A DNA stretch of 32,000 nucleotides from Candidatus Babelota bacterium (lineage in GTDB: Bacteria > Babelota > Babeliae > Babelales > Vermiphilaceae). Both the position numbers and the translations under genes were made by a program. Where the stretch lies: NCBI GenBank assembly GCA_039809905.1, contig JBDHVY010000001.1, positions 1,050,001-1,082,000 on the forward strand, read 5' to 3'. Positions 31,878 to 32,000 of this stretch are shown here, piece by piece. Each line of letters opens with the position of its first letter. Positions within the stretch are counted from its first letter, which is position 1. The notes beneath the pieces are model-generated. The model was not told the origin of the DNA. It did no database searches and saw only the letters and a program-made list of their open reading frames with translations.

Positions 31878-32000
31878 TGTTTTTTGTATCGATAATTTTT
31901 TTTGTTCTATCTTTTTTTCCATGTAACGCAATGGACCTTATGCAAAGGAAAAATGAAAGCTATCCTTCTTATGTCTGCATGTTATTTCATGCAATTGTTG
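31878..32000 (+). CDS. hypothetical protein with hydrophobic leader, 5' fragment (continues beyond the window)
   Basis: A strong SD AAGGAGG ends 4 nt before ATG 31878. The open frame to the window end encodes MFFVSIIFFVLSFFPCNAMDLMQRKNESYPSY... Confidence 0.55.

Noticed and set aside
1-32000. CRISPR arrays, IS elements, rRNA, tmRNA, RNase P RNA and SRP RNA
   Set aside because: There are no regularly spaced direct repeats and no transposase-like ORFs. The conserved RNA signature strings (GGTTCGA-type T loops outside the two tRNAs, AGGAAAGTCC) were not seen.

Overview
AT-rich, densely coding bacterial chromosome segment of about 40 genes. I found no rRNA, CRISPR array, transposase or prophage genes. 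Most genes are housekeeping genes of a diderm bacterium. Plus strand: argS (3' end), tsf, frr, tRNA-Lys(CUU), tRNA-Leu(UAG), a divergent trigger factor, trxB, rpmH-rnpA-yidD, an NfeD/flotillin pair, thrS, a xerC/D-type recombinase and PBP2. Minus strand: PIN-PhoH (PhoH2), nth, rpsT, rpmB, ftsH and tolQ-tolR-tolA-tolB. rpmH is missing from the supplied ORF track. Lineage-specific genes with N-terminal hydrophobic leaders sit between these. Several carry eukaryote-type modules: an FH1-like polyproline repeat protein, a protein with three C2H2-type zinc fingers, a Skp1/POZ-like + WD40 + C-terminal TM protein, and an F-box protein. Broken housekeeping synteny and a TGS-less ThrRS add to a picture of a host-associated or intracellular lineage, such as a Dependentiae/TM6-like or other protist-associated bacterium. 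That taxonomic idea is a guess only. The most striking non-coding signal is a recurrent GC-cored palindrome, GGGGNCCC(C), followed by a -10-like TAWAAT and GGAR. It has six intergenic copies, and four of them carry hairpin arms with compensatory changes. There is also a second hairpin family after two plus-strand genes, and a nested perfect inverted repeat between convergent genes. All domain calls rest on motifs recognised by eye. No database search or statistics were run.
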